52,133 nucleotides of DNA from Nemertoderma westbladi (taxonomy: Eukaryota; Animalia; Xenacoelomorpha): positions 1 through 52,133 of the forward strand of contig JAUCBJ010002018.1 of assembly GCA_032718475.1 (NCBI GenBank), given 5' to 3'. The notes beneath the pieces were generated by a model. The model was not told where the DNA came from. It did not search any database and was given only the letters and a program-made list of their open reading frames with translations. This document shows, piece by piece, positions 51,253 to 52,133 of this stretch. How positions within the stretch are numbered: position 1 is the first letter of the stretch; each line of letters starts with the position of its first letter. A program made the position numbers and the translations under genes.

Positions 51253-52132
51253 GGGCTGTCCATAAATGACTTCACGCAAGGTGGGGGGGGGGGGGGGGGG
51301 GGGGGGGGGGGTGGGGGTCAGAGATTTTGTGACAAGGGGATGATGGGTGTGGGTGGGTCATCCGTGTTCTGTGATGTCACCACATTGACCAATATATCCG
51401 CTGTACTGCATCTACTTAGATGTTTGCGACAAGTGATTGTTTCCTCTCTCCACCAATCTCCCATACTAACCATGGTGTTGGTTGTCCGATCAGACTACAT
51501 TTTCCAATCAGAACTATAATACATCGCTATTCGTGAACTTCGTATTGATATATAATATTCCGGAAATGCTACCCCATCCAACTACAATTTTCTATGATTT
51601 TCTATAATTTTATGATTTCTTATTGTCCTTTCATTGACGGCCAACTTGTTGACCGTATCTGTACTTTTCCTCTCATTGACGGCCAACTTGTTGACCGTAT
51701 CTGTACTTTTCCTCTAAGGTTTTTACTAAAAAAAACCATCGCGTTATAATTCATGAGCGGAATGTAGTCAAATTTCCCAGATGAGTAAGAGGAAGATGAG
51801 TAACGTCCACGTCCAGTGTCCATAATGGTTGACAACCCAACGACAATAACACCCATTGAATGCCATTGTAAAACCTTTATTATTGGTGTTATGGGTGAAT
51901 GAGTGGTTTCATATTATTATGGTTAAAGACGGCCAAGTACCGTAGCGTTGAGCACAGTGGCAGCATAATGATGGTATTGACAGATGACAGGCCATGAGGA
52001 GGTAAAATGCGGACATACAAGGTATCAGATATTTCCAGGTCTATCTTTTAGCTTTTATTTTTTAGGGGTGGGGGGGGGGGGGGTCAATGATGGCCAAAAG
52101 GCCAAGGCGTGACGCCAGTTATGGACGGCCCC
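51253..52132. mobile_element. Probable MITE with ~25-bp terminal inverted repeats and subterminal poly-G tracts
   Basis: Left end GGGCTGTCCATAAATGACTTCACGC versus reverse complement of the right end GGGCCGTCCATAACTGGCGTCACGC (21/25). The right flank is cut by the window edge, so a TSD cannot be checked. Confidence 0.6.
51631..51714. repeat. Perfect 42-bp tandem duplication (2 copies)
   Basis: TCATTGACGGCCAACTTGTTGACCGTATCTGTACTTTTCCTC occurs twice. Confidence 0.9.
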
Positions 52133-52133
52133 T

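Overview
This window is eukaryotic (animal, invertebrate-like) genomic DNA, not prokaryotic. The main feature is a large spliced gene on the minus strand. Nine exons were reconstructed by hand (38908 down to a stop at 2008); all have GT-AG ends and consistent phases. They give about 1,796 aa ending in a MICAL-type bMERB (DUF3585) Rab-binding coiled coil. The N-terminal exons were not found and probably lie beyond the right edge. Its introns hold tandem arrays: 33 bp (~5 kb), 44 bp, 41/42 bp (~16.7 kb, with a ~6 kb higher-order duplication) and 16 bp. A 29-bp array lies downstream at the window start. Two intronless plus-strand genes (an uncharacterised HEAT-repeat protein and ABCF2) lie upstream of the first recovered exon. 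They are probably nested antisense in an intron and are bracketed by a pair of diverged inverted repeats. Four truncated copies of an RTE-clade LINE are present; two show unusually long target-site duplications, one of which duplicates an exon end and its splice donor. There is also a tRNA-headed SINE, a probable MITE and several ~22-24 nt poly-G tracts. Most short or periodic ORFs in the supplied track are repeat or antisense artefacts. No clearly new biological system can be established from sequence alone; the best leads are ranked in the findings.
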